Translations under genes and position numbers: made by a program
Part shown: one piece after another, positions 9,688 through 19,132 of the stretch
Layout of the letters: each line of letters opens with the position of its first letter
Position numbering within the stretch: the stretch's first letter is position 1
Notes under the pieces: generated by a model
Database searches by the model: none
What the model was told of the DNA's origin: nothing
What the model saw: the letters and a program-made list of their open reading frames with translations, nothing else
From: a virus
Lineage: Duplodnaviria > Caudoviricetes
Virus record (IMG/VR): IMGVR_UViG_3300020045_003525
Coordinates: 1-36,981 of that record
Strand: one strand, 5' to 3'
DNA length: 36,981 nt

Positions 9688-10118
9688 TAGCTAATCGTCA
9701 ATGCGCCAGAGCTTTCCAGCGTGAAGTTATAGTTTACAGCGTCATCGTGTGCGCCAGCGATTTCGAATTGTGTGATGCGGAAAGCGCCTGTGATGATTTG
9801 GCCTGAATCGGTGGCAAGTGCGGTGGAGGCGACATCGAGACGGAAATTGCGGAGCGTACCAGCGCGGAAATCGGTGCGCAGGTCATCAATCGTTGCGCTA
9901 TCCACGAATACACCAGTGCCAGAAACAGACATGGAGCGCTCCGTAAGGCCAGCAAGTAGGGTACGAACGCCGCCATCATCTTTCGACGTTGTGGTTACAA
10001 TGCTGTCGCTTTCTGTGATAGTGCAGTCACGTGCTGCGGCAATCGTGGTGAAGACTTCAGAGCCAGCACCGTCACCGATTTTGATTACAATATTCCGACC
10101 TGTAGTACCAGCAGCCAT
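9687..10118 (-). CDS. Major tail tube protein (TP901-1 family)
   Basis: G..IVIKIGDGAGSEVFTTIA, TTSKD..G.R.LLAG, GAF.IT..E.AG.HD...Y..TLESSG motifs. Confidence 0.92.
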   Translation of the reverse strand: MAAGTTGRNIVIKIGDGAGSEVFTTIAAARDCTITESDSIVTTTSKDDGGVRTLLAGLTERSMSVSGTGVFVDSATIDDLRTDFRAGTLRNFRLDVASTALATDSGQIITGAFRITQFEIAGAHDDAVNYNFTLESSGALTIS

Positions 10119-10121
10119 TTC

Positions 10122-10529
10122 TTAGCTCTCCATTGTTATAATGTCTAAAATTAGTACGCTATGCCATGTAACGCCGTCAGGCTCTTTAAACATTGCGCTT
10201 GTTTGAAAGTTTACACTAACTACCGTGCCAGCGTCTAGTATTAAATTTCTGTCTAGTCTGTTTAATGCATTAAAAACAGCCGCGCGGATTGCCCCGTTCG
10301 GCTGCGGTGATTTTTCCCTGTCGTAAATATCAAATTGAACAGAATATTGCTGGCCCACGTCTGTCTTTGTCGAGAAGTCAGACGCGTCCGCACTTACAAC
10401 GATATAAGGGAACGTTTCGGCCTGTGGAACATCGGTATAAATGCGCGTGCTTACAAGACTTGTCACCGCGCTTGTGGCTTTTAGTTTGGCGATTACAGAC
10501 TTAATCAGCGGTAAATAAAAGTCACTCAT
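10122..10529 (-). CDS. Tail terminator/completion protein (DUF3168)
   Basis: RIYTDVPQAETFPYIVV...DGVTWH motifs; upstream of tail tube. Confidence 0.85.
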   Translation of the reverse strand: MSDFYLPLIKSVIAKLKATSAVTSLVSTRIYTDVPQAETFPYIVVSADASDFSTKTDVGQQYSVQFDIYDREKSPQPNGAIRAAVFNALNRLDRNLILDAGTVVSVNFQTSAMFKEPDGVTWHSVLILDIITMES

Positions 10530-10951
10530 TTCAATCTGCTCCCGAATTTTCGTAGTGTTTCATCGAACGCGCGGGATAACCAAGGGCGTTTTGCCATATG
10601 GCGTGTGCCAAATTCCAGCCATAACCCATACGGTGCGCCGCCTTTACCGCCCATAGAACGGGAACCAACTGTATAGTTTGCAACGGCCTCGCGTTCTAAT
10701 GTGGTAGACCGTGCAAGCGTGCCTGTGTCAGACTTAGGATACTCGCCAGCAGCAGAGGCTTGGTGCGTTTTACCTTTACGGCGATAAACACGGCCAGAAC
10801 GCCCGCCGCCTTGAATGTTCGAAACGGCTGTTTCATGGGTATGCGCGGCCATGTCAAATAGAAGAATATCCAAGTCCTTTTCGGCCATAGCTGGCATTTG
10901 CTTTAAGAAAGCCGACAATTCCTTTGCGCCGATTAGCTCAATATCAGCCAT
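10526..10951 (-). CDS. HK97 gp10-like tail completion protein
   Basis: HQASAAGEYP.SDTGTL and YG..LEFGT..M..RPWL motifs. Confidence 0.85.
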   Translation of the reverse strand: MADIELIGAKELSAFLKQMPAMAEKDLDILLFDMAAHTHETAVSNIQGGGRSGRVYRRKGKTHQASAAGEYPKSDTGTLARSTTLEREAVANYTVGSRSMGGKGGAPYGLWLEFGTRHMAKRPWLSRAFDETLRKFGSRLK

Positions 10952-13041
10952 TACAAACCACCATAATAATCGAATATGTCCTGTATATCGGTATTATTCA
11001 AGACCGAATCATACATTGCATAACCATACAGTTCAGTGCTTGCCGTGAATTGGTTAAACACAGCAAGGGGCGATGTGGATGTAGCGCCACCCAAAGAGGC
11101 TGTTCCTGTAAGGACGGGCGTGGCACTATTTAGCCAGAGTGTGTAAGCCCCAGTCGAAGGGTTTAAAGCAAAAGCCATCTTATAAACCGTGTTGCCCGTT
11201 AACTGGCTGGCCGTACTCATACTGCTTGTTGTTGATGTCGTGCCGTTGGCTGTAGCAATCCGCATGAAATTACTAGAGGCGATATAGCGTAGCGTGATGC
11301 CAGCAACCGAAGATGCGGTTCCGCCGCAGGAAAACAATTGCGGTTGACCTGACAAAGTGGATGGCGTTTTAAAATGGCATATAAATGTAAACGACTTATC
11401 GGTTGATAGTCCCGCATGGAACGCAGTCGGGCTAGTGCCGCCAACTCGATTGTAATCATCGCCATCAAATGTCCAGTGATCTACTGAAAATCCGGGGTCA
11501 ATGCTTGTTTCTGCAACAGAAGAACCAAGAGAGCCATTATATGTCGTCTGCGTTTGCCCATCGTTTGGAACAGGTATAAGATTGGGAATCAACTGCTCGC
11601 CGTTGTAGCTCCGCAGACGTGCATCGTGCTGCCATACAGCGCCAGCCACGATATCATTCAAATATGTTTCCGAAACGGGAATACTTGTGATGGTGGTTGA
11701 TTTAAAAGGAACCAGAAAAGACGAATTGTCTTTCAGTAATTTTGTATTATCAACGTCATTCAAACGGTCGTACCCATAATAAAGCACTTGACTTGCACCA
11801 GTCGGAACCGAGGCGATATCAATGCCGATATGCGTGCTGTCAATTCTAAAAGCGTTAAGAACCTCTATTTCGGAACCATCATCGAATAACTTGAACCCGT
11901 TGATGTCATCAATTGGCGTGTAATCAGTTCCCGCATCATGGTCTATCAAAACATTTATTGTTGTGCCGCCCCTCGATGCAGAGACAAGTTGCGCACCGTC
12001 AACGCCTGATATAGTCTCACCCAGAACGGATAGTGCTTTTCTCGCGGCAAATGGCGCATACGCTTGATAACCAGCAGGGATGTTTAAATGCGCACCACCA
12101 TCATCGCCTTGTGTAAATTTCTCCGGCAATAAATGTATCCAAGTATACTCATCAGCCAATTGTTTTTGTATCTCGCGCAAAACCTGATAACCGATACCAG
12201 TCTGCGCATCGCCGCGCCGACCGATTGGGCAGATAAACACAGGGATATCCGCACCTATAATCTCGCGCATTCTTTCAAAGACTGTTACAAGTCCATTTTT
12301 ATAAATAGCTTGCTTTGTGGGATTGTTAGCAATATCACCTTGATCGTTTTCACCTTGGTCCCAATGAACGCCTAGAATTGTGCCGGTGTAACTACTCACA
12401 ACGGCCTCAAATGTATCCCATGCATCGCCGTAAGTGTCGTTTAGCTCGTTATACCACCAATTATCATCAGTAGCGTTTGAGAATATAAGCGTGGAGCCGG
12501 ATGTCGCTCCATCAATCAGGGTATTATCTGCATCCGCCCAGTATTGATCCATAATGGCTTCGTATTGCGTGCGCCCATAGGTGTAAAGATATTGCGCATT
12601 TGATTGCCCTGCGGCTATTATGGCAAAGCTGTTAAATGGATTATCCTGCGGGTTTGGAGTCGTGGATTGATTGTTTTCTGGCTCCGCCTCGGTCAAGAAT
12701 AATTCCTGATAAACATTCCCCTCTGATTTCATATCAGAATCCAGATTGCGGATATAATCCACGGGAAAGATGCGGCCATCATACGAAACGCGAAACTTCG
12801 CAGTCGTTACTGTGTTCTTAAGTGCCGATTGATAGCGAATAAGCATTTTACTGGAAACGCGGGATTGCTTTTGCTCTTGCTGATATACCTCACGGCCAGA
12901 AAGGGGTGTTATATCAGCCCATACGGTTGATTGTGTTGCCCATGTAGTATCTGAGCCGCCATAAACATCTGTGGCTTCTGATCGGCTTTGTATCGTTATT
13001 CTATGCTTTGCTTTTCCGGCAAATTCCCCGCATTTCATCAA
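10951..13041 (-). CDS. Head-closure (SPP1 gp16-like) protein fused to SGNH/SASA carbohydrate esterase and LamG/ConA-like domain
   Basis: aa ~1-118 head closure (HRITIQ..D.YGG...W....TVWADI.PLSGRE); Pro/Asn linker; AGQSNA, HWDQGEND and DDGGAH esterase motifs; C-terminal FDGDDY..FTFI..FK beta-sandwich. Confidence 0.8.
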   Translation of the reverse strand: MMKCGEFAGKAKHRITIQSRSEATDVYGGSDTTWATQSTVWADITPLSGREVYQQEQKQSRVSSKMLIRYQSALKNTVTTAKFRVSYDGRIFPVDYIRNLDSDMKSEGNVYQELFLTEAEPENNQSTTPNPQDNPFNSFAIIAAGQSNAQYLYTYGRTQYEAIMDQYWADADNTLIDGATSGSTLIFSNATDDNWWYNELNDTYGDAWDTFEAVVSSYTGTILGVHWDQGENDQGDIANNPTKQAIYKNGLVTVFERMREIIGADIPVFICPIGRRGDAQTGIGYQVLREIQKQLADEYTWIHLLPEKFTQGDDGGAHLNIPAGYQAYAPFAARKALSVLGETISGVDGAQLVSASRGGTTINVLIDHDAGTDYTPIDDINGFKLFDDGSEIEVLNAFRIDSTHIGIDIASVPTGASQVLYYGYDRLNDVDNTKLLKDNSSFLVPFKSTTITSIPVSETYLNDIVAGAVWQHDARLRSYNGEQLIPNLIPVPNDGQTQTTYNGSLGSSVAETSIDPGFSVDHWTFDGDDYNRVGGTSPTAFHAGLSTDKSFTFICHFKTPSTLSGQPQLFSCGGTASSVAGITLRYIASSNFMRIATANGTTSTTSSMSTASQLTGNTVYKMAFALNPSTGAYTLWLNSATPVLTGTASLGGATSTSPLAVFNQFTASTELYGYAMYDSVLNNTDIQDIFDYYGGL

Positions 13042-13691
13042 TAACCTCCGAGGCCATCAAGTAGACGATACGGGGCCAGCATTTTCTTGCAAATATCGGC
13101 AAGTTCACATACTTCGCGGCATTCATACATACGCGCTACATGCATTTTAATCGCCATTGTAATCGGCGCTGGAATATCCGTAGACGCGTTGCCATATCCT
13201 GCCACATAACGGATTTTAACAGCCTCATAACGGCGCAAATTGGCCGGCCATACAACGCCTTGATTAAGATAGATGCGCCCGCCCTGTTCATCAGCCTGAT
13301 AAGAGCCACTTGAAAACGTGCTTTCGGTGTTTGCCACGTCAAAAGTCTTGATGCTTGTGATGGATTGAATAGGCGGGAACATTAATTCGATGTTATCTGG
13401 ATTTCCAAGGAAGTAATTCTTTGAGCCAGTATGAATACCAGCGCCCATAGCTAATAGACGGTCGTCCTCTTCACCACATGAAAAACCGTCCATGGTCATT
13501 TCAAGCGTTTCGGTGATTAACGCACGCTTAACATACTCACGCACGCTTGACGTTGCCGCGACAATGAAATCCTCAATCAACTGGTCATCATCACTCGTAT
13601 CGATTCGCAGATACGTTTTCATATCCGCAACCGAAACGGCAAGCGCGGCGGGCGCGGTAATAATAACTATTGATTTGCGGTTATATCTCAT
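13038..13691 (-). CDS. Head-tail connector/adaptor (gp6, phiE125 gp8-like)
   Basis: VSVADMKTYLRID...DD.LI...I.AA, V.IRYVAGYG...DIP, LAPYR motifs. Confidence 0.9.
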   Translation of the reverse strand: MRYNRKSIVIITAPAALAVSVADMKTYLRIDTSDDDQLIEDFIVAATSSVREYVKRALITETLEMTMDGFSCGEEDDRLLAMGAGIHTGSKNYFLGNPDNIELMFPPIQSITSIKTFDVANTESTFSSGSYQADEQGGRIYLNQGVVWPANLRRYEAVKIRYVAGYGNASTDIPAPITMAIKMHVARMYECREVCELADICKKMLAPYRLLDGLGGY

Positions 13692-13912
13692 TTTTTCTTG
13701 GTTTTCTTTTCAGGTACGGATTGAACGGCGGCGTTTTCTTCCGGTGCAATGACCTTGGTTTCAATCACGTCTTTGACTTCTTTAACGAGGCCAAGCTCCG
13801 TAAAGCAAGCCAGCAAGGAACCGTTTAAGTCATATTCGCGGCCCTTATAGAACACTTGTAAATCAATACCGTTAGGTGAACCCTTGGCTTCTTCCAACAT
13901 TACGACTTTCAT
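13688..13912 (-). CDS. Small hypothetical protein in head module
   Basis: 74 aa with AGGAG RBS, basic C-terminus, overlaps connector start. Confidence 0.7.
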   Translation of the reverse strand: MKVVMLEEAKGSPNGIDLQVFYKGREYDLNGSLLACFTELGLVKEVKDVIETKVIAPEENAAVQSVPEKKTKKK

Positions 13913-13933
13913 ATCTTCTCCTTAATGTTTAAT

Positions 13934-13958
13934 GAAGGGGGCGATACACACCCCCTCT
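13934..13958 (-). terminator. Stem-loop after cement gene (weak terminator or processing site)
   Basis: Minus strand GGGGGTG-TGTAT-CGCCCCC followed by TTCATT; poor U tract. Confidence 0.45.
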
Positions 13959-13965
13959 ATAAAGA

Positions 13966-14415
13966 TTAAGTAGCAGCGATTGGTGTTTGAACCGTTGCCG
14001 ATTTTTGGTTTGCGCCGCGACGTTTTGTGGCCTGTACAGCAACAACAGCAGCCGTACCGGTTGTGCCGGTGGCAACAATACGAACATATTGTTTGCCGCC
14101 GGTGTAACCAATGGAACCAACAAGGATGTCATCCGAAGCGTCTGCGGTGACAGTCAGTGCGCTTTCCAAGCCAACGAGGTCAGCATCAGCAACAGCCGTG
14201 AAAGCCGCGTCAGCCGTGGTATCGGACTCTTGAACTTCAAAAGAGAAGCCAGAAGTCGTGCCGGCGTCAGTTACAGTGCCGGTCGAAACAACGAATGTCA
14301 GAGCCTCAAAGCCCTGCATGTTGATAAGACCGCCTTTTGCTGGCGTAGTGCCAGACAGGGTAGCAGACAAGGCCATTGCGTATTCGGCATTGTTGCGTTC
14401 GTCAAATTTAGCCAT
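13966..14415 (-). CDS. Capsid cement/decoration protein
   Basis: 149 aa, Ala/Thr-rich beta protein with VQESD...FTAV and GY.G.K.YVR motifs of jelly-roll cement proteins usually following the capsid gene; AGGAG RBS. Confidence 0.7.
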   Translation of the reverse strand: MAKFDERNNAEYAMALSATLSGTTPAKGGLINMQGFEALTFVVSTGTVTDAGTTSGFSFEVQESDTTADAAFTAVADADLVGLESALTVTADASDDILVGSIGYTGGKQYVRIVATGTTGTAAVVAVQATKRRGANQKSATVQTPIAAT

Positions 14416-14432
14416 GATATTTTCTCCTATAG

Positions 14433-15128
14433 CTATTTGTTAAGTTGTTTTTGCAAAAACAATTCTAGAGCCACAAGTTTATCATATATTTCAGAATTAG
14501 CAATGATTGCCGCATCGGCGTGCTCAAATATTTCATTTATAGCCCAATCTATTCTATCTTGCACCCTCTGACCTGCGGGTTGCGCCGTGACCCACAATTC
14601 TAGATTCTCAATTCGATTGTCGTGCCTAACTCCATTTATGTGATGGACGTTTTCGCCCTTACGCAGTGGCCTACCAATGTGATTTGACATTACATATCTA
14701 TGTTCGTACACATACCCGCTAGAAGAGCGATTAGGATCATCTGGAAGCCATTTTTGAACATATCCACTTCTGCCCTCAATCTGCCAATCGGCATACCTGC
14801 CGATTCTGTTTAACGTTTTGTTCGGGTCTCCATACTTATGCGCCCTCTTCCAATGCATAGAGCACATTTCTAATGCATCGGCGGCACGCGAGCACCCATC
14901 CACAGAGCACTGTTTACCTACGTTCTTTACGCGGAACCTTTGACCCGCAAGAGGGTCGCCATAATTCCTAAACCTTTCAAGATGTTTCTCGCAATAGCCG
15001 AGCCCTTTATGTCTACCATTGCACCCATCTAAAGAGCACCTACGCGCCTTATATTGCGAGTAGTGTTTGGTACAGCACCCACTAGCCCAGTGCTTATTCT
15101 CGCACCCGTCAATTTCACATTTCCTCAT
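14433..15128 (-). CDS. Free-standing HNH endonuclease with three Cx4C..Cx2H repeats
   Basis: YVYEHRYVM..HIGRPL..GENVHHINGVRHDNRIENLEL; N-terminal CEIDGC/CSLDGC/CSVDGC repeats. Confidence 0.9.
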   Translation of the reverse strand: MRKCEIDGCENKHWASGCCTKHYSQYKARRCSLDGCNGRHKGLGYCEKHLERFRNYGDPLAGQRFRVKNVGKQCSVDGCSRAADALEMCSMHWKRAHKYGDPNKTLNRIGRYADWQIEGRSGYVQKWLPDDPNRSSSGYVYEHRYVMSNHIGRPLRKGENVHHINGVRHDNRIENLELWVTAQPAGQRVQDRIDWAINEIFEHADAAIIANSEIYDKLVALELFLQKQLNK

Positions 15129-15130
15129 AT

Positions 15131-15187
15131 AAAAATACCCCTAACTTTCGATAGGGGTATTCTAGTATATTTAAGCAGTTATGTCAC
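15131..15187 (-). promoter_or_regulatory. Hairpin sequestering HNH RBS, with overlapping sigma70-like promoter
   Basis: Perfect 10-bp IR at 15134-15143/15152-15161; GTGACA(15187-15182)-17 nt-TAGAAT(15164-15159). Confidence 0.6.
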
Positions 15188-16374
15188 GAACTAATCTTGC
15201 CGAGCTTAATTGCATCGTAGGACGTTACATCACCACCCGTGCGTTTCGTGGTGTAGAATTCCACAAAACCTTTGGTGGAGTAAGGGTCACGCAGAACCGA
15301 CAGGCCAATACGATCAACGATGGTATAGGCTTTGTTAAAGTCGGCATAAGCGATTGCCAAGGCGTTCGAAGCGATTGTCGGCATGTCATCCATAAAGGTA
15401 ACCGATTTACCCAAAAGCATTGGGGTCAATTGGCCATCTTTCAAAAGGGTCTGGCTAAAGAAGTAATTGTCAGCACCTTTCAATTTCAGGACGTTTGCAA
15501 AGGCCGAGCGTTCCATAGCCCATGTAGCGCGTGCCTGATAGGCTTGCTTCAGGGCGTTTTGAAGAACGATAAGGCCGTCAGCGGTTACATCAGACGCGCC
15601 ACCGAGATTAACTTGCTCGATTTTGTTGTCTTCATAAACGCCAGCAGCAGACCAGGCGGAGTAGTTCAAGAAACCACGTGGTTTGCCAACGCCATTACCG
15701 GACACAAAGGCCGTGTTTTCAGTACGGGCGATTTTATCGGCAACTTTACCGCGCAGCCAAGCCTCGATGTCGATGCTGGAATCTTGCAGCATTTCTTCGG
15801 TGATTTTTGGATTGGCATATTGCTTGTGAGCAACGATTTCTTTCAAACCAAGTTCTGGCGTACCAGTATCGCTGATAGTGCCACCTTCTTGAACCCAACC
15901 GGAATCGGCTTCGTCAGTATCAATCAGGACTTCCAAGGATTTGGAGCTGATAGTCACAACATTAGCCAATTGACGCAATGGGGACGTTTCGAAAACGCGG
16001 TCAATGATGAAGTTTGCGAATTCTGGACGTACCAAATAACCACCGTCTGGATTTACATCCGTGGACATGGCTTTGATTTCGACTTCGCCCTTACCAGCTT
16101 TGATGTCACGCAAGAACGTGTCAAATTTGGCTTTTTGTTCGGCTTCGAACTCGCCGTTTGCTTTAGCTTCGCTGTTTGGACGCTGCATAGCGGCTTCCAG
16201 TTTAGCTTGCTTGGCTTGGACTTCGGCCATTTGGTCAGTGATGGTTTTTGCAATCGTATCGAGTTTTTTCTCGTCAAGTGCGTCTACTTTGCCTTTAATG
16301 GCATCTTGTTCGCTGCGGAGCGTACCGAAATTGGTATTGATTTCCTCAACTAACTTTTTGATTTCTTCCGACAT
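15184..16374 (-). CDS. Major capsid protein, HK97 fold
   Basis: Coiled-coil delta domain, then KAMST..DGGYLV.PE, SPLRQLA, G.G.GKPRGFL, RDPYS.KGFVEFYTTKRTGG. Confidence 0.97.
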   Translation of the reverse strand: MSEEIKKLVEEINTNFGTLRSEQDAIKGKVDALDEKKLDTIAKTITDQMAEVQAKQAKLEAAMQRPNSEAKANGEFEAEQKAKFDTFLRDIKAGKGEVEIKAMSTDVNPDGGYLVRPEFANFIIDRVFETSPLRQLANVVTISSKSLEVLIDTDEADSGWVQEGGTISDTGTPELGLKEIVAHKQYANPKITEEMLQDSSIDIEAWLRGKVADKIARTENTAFVSGNGVGKPRGFLNYSAWSAAGVYEDNKIEQVNLGGASDVTADGLIVLQNALKQAYQARATWAMERSAFANVLKLKGADNYFFSQTLLKDGQLTPMLLGKSVTFMDDMPTIASNALAIAYADFNKAYTIVDRIGLSVLRDPYSTKGFVEFYTTKRTGGDVTSYDAIKLGKISS

Positions 16375-17053
16375 TATTTTTCTCCTTTAATGTTTCTAGA
16401 AGTTGCGACAATAAGGTTTTGACTTGCTCATTGTCTGCATCCCGCAGATCATCGTCAGGAGAATCAACGCCAGCATCTCGCAGGACAGTGTGATAACCCT
16501 TAATACCTTGTGCCGTGATGGTTTTTGCCGCAGTGCGGTCAAAACCAGCGTCACGAAGGAATTTCTCGAACTCGCGTTCCGTTTGTGGAAGCGATTTTAA
16601 ACTTGTAACTTCGGCTTTATCATTAGCCGGAATAGTCACAAGGGAGAACTCGTATAGCTCTAATTTCTTAATGGTGCGCGTGCCAGTGGTGTTGTCATAC
16701 TCGGCCTCTTTCACGCTATAACCAATAGACAGGCGGTCGATAATGCCAGCCTTCATGTATTCATAAGCGTCTTTGCCTAGTGTCGTGCCTAGGGCCAGCT
16801 TGACGCGGACATATAGTCCCTTATCGTCTTCTCTGGCTTCCAATAGCTTGCCGACCGGCTTATCCATGCGATGCTGCCACAGAACCTTTGGTTCGCGCCC
16901 GTTAAGGGATTCCAGAAACGCACCTTTTGCGACAATATCATTCGTGTGGTCAATATTCCCAAACGTGGAAGCGTACCCCTCAAAGATACCTTCCTCTGCA
17001 TTGTTGCCTTTAACTTCAATCAGTGTTGCACTGAGTAAGAACTTATCTTCCAT
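16346..17053 (-). CDS. Prohead protease, HK97 family (S78)
   Basis: FEGYASTFGNID...DIV..GAF, LWQH, LSIGY, L.EFSLVTIPAN motifs. Confidence 0.95.
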   Translation of the reverse strand: MEDKFLLSATLIEVKGNNAEEGIFEGYASTFGNIDHTNDIVAKGAFLESLNGREPKVLWQHRMDKPVGKLLEAREDDKGLYVRVKLALGTTLGKDAYEYMKAGIIDRLSIGYSVKEAEYDNTTGTRTIKKLELYEFSLVTIPANDKAEVTSLKSLPQTEREFEKFLRDAGFDRTAAKTITAQGIKGYHTVLRDAGVDSPDDDLRDADNEQVKTLLSQLLETLKEKNNVGRNQKVS

Positions 17054-17071
17054 ATATTTAGACCGCCTTGG

Positions 17072-17110
17072 TGGTTATTTTATAGCAAAAACGAAATGGG
17101 CACAACATTT
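17072..17110 (-). promoter_or_regulatory. Putative extended -10 promoter upstream of protease/capsid genes
   Basis: TTGCTATAAA on the minus strand in the intergenic gap; same core as TTGCTATAAT upstream of terS. Confidence 0.4.
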
Positions 17111-17877
17111 TATTCAGCGCCTTCTCTTTTATACACGAGCGAACAGCGGCAATTAATTACGTTGCCAGCGCTAGCCGTTGGATCTGACGGCCTGTCCATC
17201 TTCTCTCCACCGACCATGAATTTCTCGTCCATCTTGATAAACTTGCTGCCAATCATAGCCGCATGGGCCGGACGGGTGCGTGCATCGACAACTGGAACCC
17301 ATCGTTTCATGACTTGAACACCCAAATCCTGCCCGATTTTATTCGCAGTCTCGCGGCTTGCATACATAGAGGCCCCATGCACCTCTGTTAGGGCAATCAT
17401 TTGCGCCCTGAATTGACTGAAATCACGCACTTTTAGAACAGTTTCGGCAATCTTAACACTGGACACGGCTGCTTCCGTTAACAGGATGGCATCAAGAGCT
17501 TCCTGAATATCCCTGCGCGTGGTTTCGCTGGTTTGTTTTGCCTTGGCCCCGCCGAACTCACTTATCCATTGCGTAAAGAGATATTCCCAGTAAGAAAACT
17601 TTGCCTCATAGCCATCAAAGAACTTAGCGCCAATCATTTTGTCTGTTTCAAGTGAGAATTGACGAATAACGGCGCGGTAAAGCTTTTCAAGTATGCCCTG
17701 CATGTTCTTTTTATGCTCGGCGTAATCATTTTCATTGATAATGCGCGTAATGGGTAGCTTTGCGGCTTGTTCCTCAATGAAGCGATTTAACTCACGCATG
17801 ATAGGCTTGGCATACCGGCGTTCATAAAGAACAATAAGCCTTTGCTGCCGATTGAATTGGGCTTCTTCACCCTGCAT
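17110..17877 (-). CDS. Phage head morphogenesis protein (Mu gpF / SPP1 gp7-like)
   Basis: RA..IA.TE, K.W....DARTRP.H, P.DP......VINCRC motifs. Start taken at MQGEE (17877). Confidence 0.9.
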   Translation of the reverse strand: MQGEEAQFNRQQRLIVLYERRYAKPIMRELNRFIEEQAAKLPITRIINENDYAEHKKNMQGILEKLYRAVIRQFSLETDKMIGAKFFDGYEAKFSYWEYLFTQWISEFGGAKAKQTSETTRRDIQEALDAILLTEAAVSSVKIAETVLKVRDFSQFRAQMIALTEVHGASMYASRETANKIGQDLGVQVMKRWVPVVDARTRPAHAAMIGSKFIKMDEKFMVGGEKMDRPSDPTASAGNVINCRCSLVYKREGAE

Positions 17878-19132
17878 TATTGAGTGCCTTGATTTCAGCG
17901 TCAGAATAACCAAGTGCTTTTAATGCGTCTTCCATAGGCGCGGATTCCGGCATATCCAGAGGAACCATGGATGACGGGATTAGAAGATTTTCCGCATTGC
18001 CACCGACTGGTTCATACCCGATAAGGTCGCGTCCCTCGTCAATGGAAAGCAATCCAGCGCCAACCGCAGACTTGGCGCGGTCAAAGCGTTTACCGCGCAC
18101 GCCTTCAAGGGCGGCAATGTCGTCCATGTCAATTTTGAATTTCATATCCTGCCCGTATGGTGCGAGCATCCAGCGGTCCAGTGCGTTCAGGAAGCTTGCG
18201 AATAAAGGAATAACTGTATCCGTCCAGAACTTTTCTTTTGCCTGTTCCATGTTGTTGTAACTGGACTGGTCATTGTCCACGAGGGGCAAAGGAACACCCA
18301 GAACAGACGCAATGTACTTCGTCATCTCTTTCATGGTGTTCAAATAATCCATATCTTTAGCAGTGGATTCCGTTTGATTGAACTTAGCCCCGCCTGTAAG
18401 GACTGCCAATTCACCAGCGTTCTTTTCGCCCTGAATGGCTTGCTTAAACCACTGCTTAAGGCGATTCACAACCTGATCGGTCGGGTCGCCCTCAAATTCG
18501 ACAATCCCACTAGGACGCGCACCGTTTTTCAAAAGGCTGTAATTCCACCTTAGGCCGGCGTTGTGGATGTCGGTGGGCAAAGCTGCGGCCATTAATGGGG
18601 ACATGCCGCGCCAATGGTCAAGCGGGTTATATGATTTGTAATGGAAGATATCCGAATCGCCCGTCAACTGATCAACCGGATAAGTAACCTTGCGGTTTCC
18701 GTCTATTTCGTAAACATAGGCCGATGGCATACCGCCAACGCCAGCCGTGACTGACATGGAAAGCGGGGACAATATCCAGAGTTCCGAGGGTTTATTCCCG
18801 CCAGCACGTAAAATGAATACCTCACCATGAATGATAAAATCTGTAATAGCCTGATTGATGAACTGGTCATAGCCCTGCATAGGGTTAGGCTGGTTTAACA
18901 AGTCAAGCGCTGCATGTGTCTCGATTTCATTGTCGCCTTGGTATAGTTCAAGCTCAATACTCGCGCACGCCTTGGCAATCTCATTCGTACAGCGATACAC
19001 AACAGCGTTATAACAATAACCCTCACGAACAAACGCCTTGCCCTTATTCGGCGCGTGAGCAACAAAGTTATTGAGCATCATACTCGAAGAACTAACCGGT
19101 GGACGTTCTTTTTTCTCCCATGGCATTCTCAT
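17867..19132 (-). CDS. Portal protein, HK97 family
   Basis: N.VVYRC, LLNQPNP.Q, GMSPL.AA, NGARPSG, IASVLGVP motifs. Confidence 0.95.
   Translation of the reverse strand: MRMPWEKKERPPVSSSSMMLNNFVAHAPNKGKAFVREGYCYNAVVYRCTNEIAKACASIELELYQGDNEIETHAALDLLNQPNPMQGYDQFINQAITDFIIHGEVFILRAGGNKPSELWILSPLSMSVTAGVGGMPSAYVYEIDGNRKVTYPVDQLTGDSDIFHYKSYNPLDHWRGMSPLMAAALPTDIHNAGLRWNYSLLKNGARPSGIVEFEGDPTDQVVNRLKQWFKQAIQGEKNAGELAVLTGGAKFNQTESTAKDMDYLNTMKEMTKYIASVLGVPLPLVDNDQSSYNNMEQAKEKFWTDTVIPLFASFLNALDRWMLAPYGQDMKFKIDMDDIAALEGVRGKRFDRAKSAVGAGLLSIDEGRDLIGYEPVGGNAENLLIPSSMVPLDMPESAPMEDALKALGYSDAEIKALNNAG

Noticed and set aside
13987-14571. 194-aa plus-strand ORF
   Set aside because: Antisense to the cement and HNH genes; no recognisable features.
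14433-15128. Group I intron or packaging (HK97 gp74-type) HNH
   Set aside because: The flanking genes are uninterrupted and the gene is not adjacent to terS; the domain layout fits a free-standing endonuclease.
15181-16353. 390-aa plus-strand ORF
   Set aside because: Antisense shadow of the major capsid gene, with no motifs or RBS; explained by codon bias.
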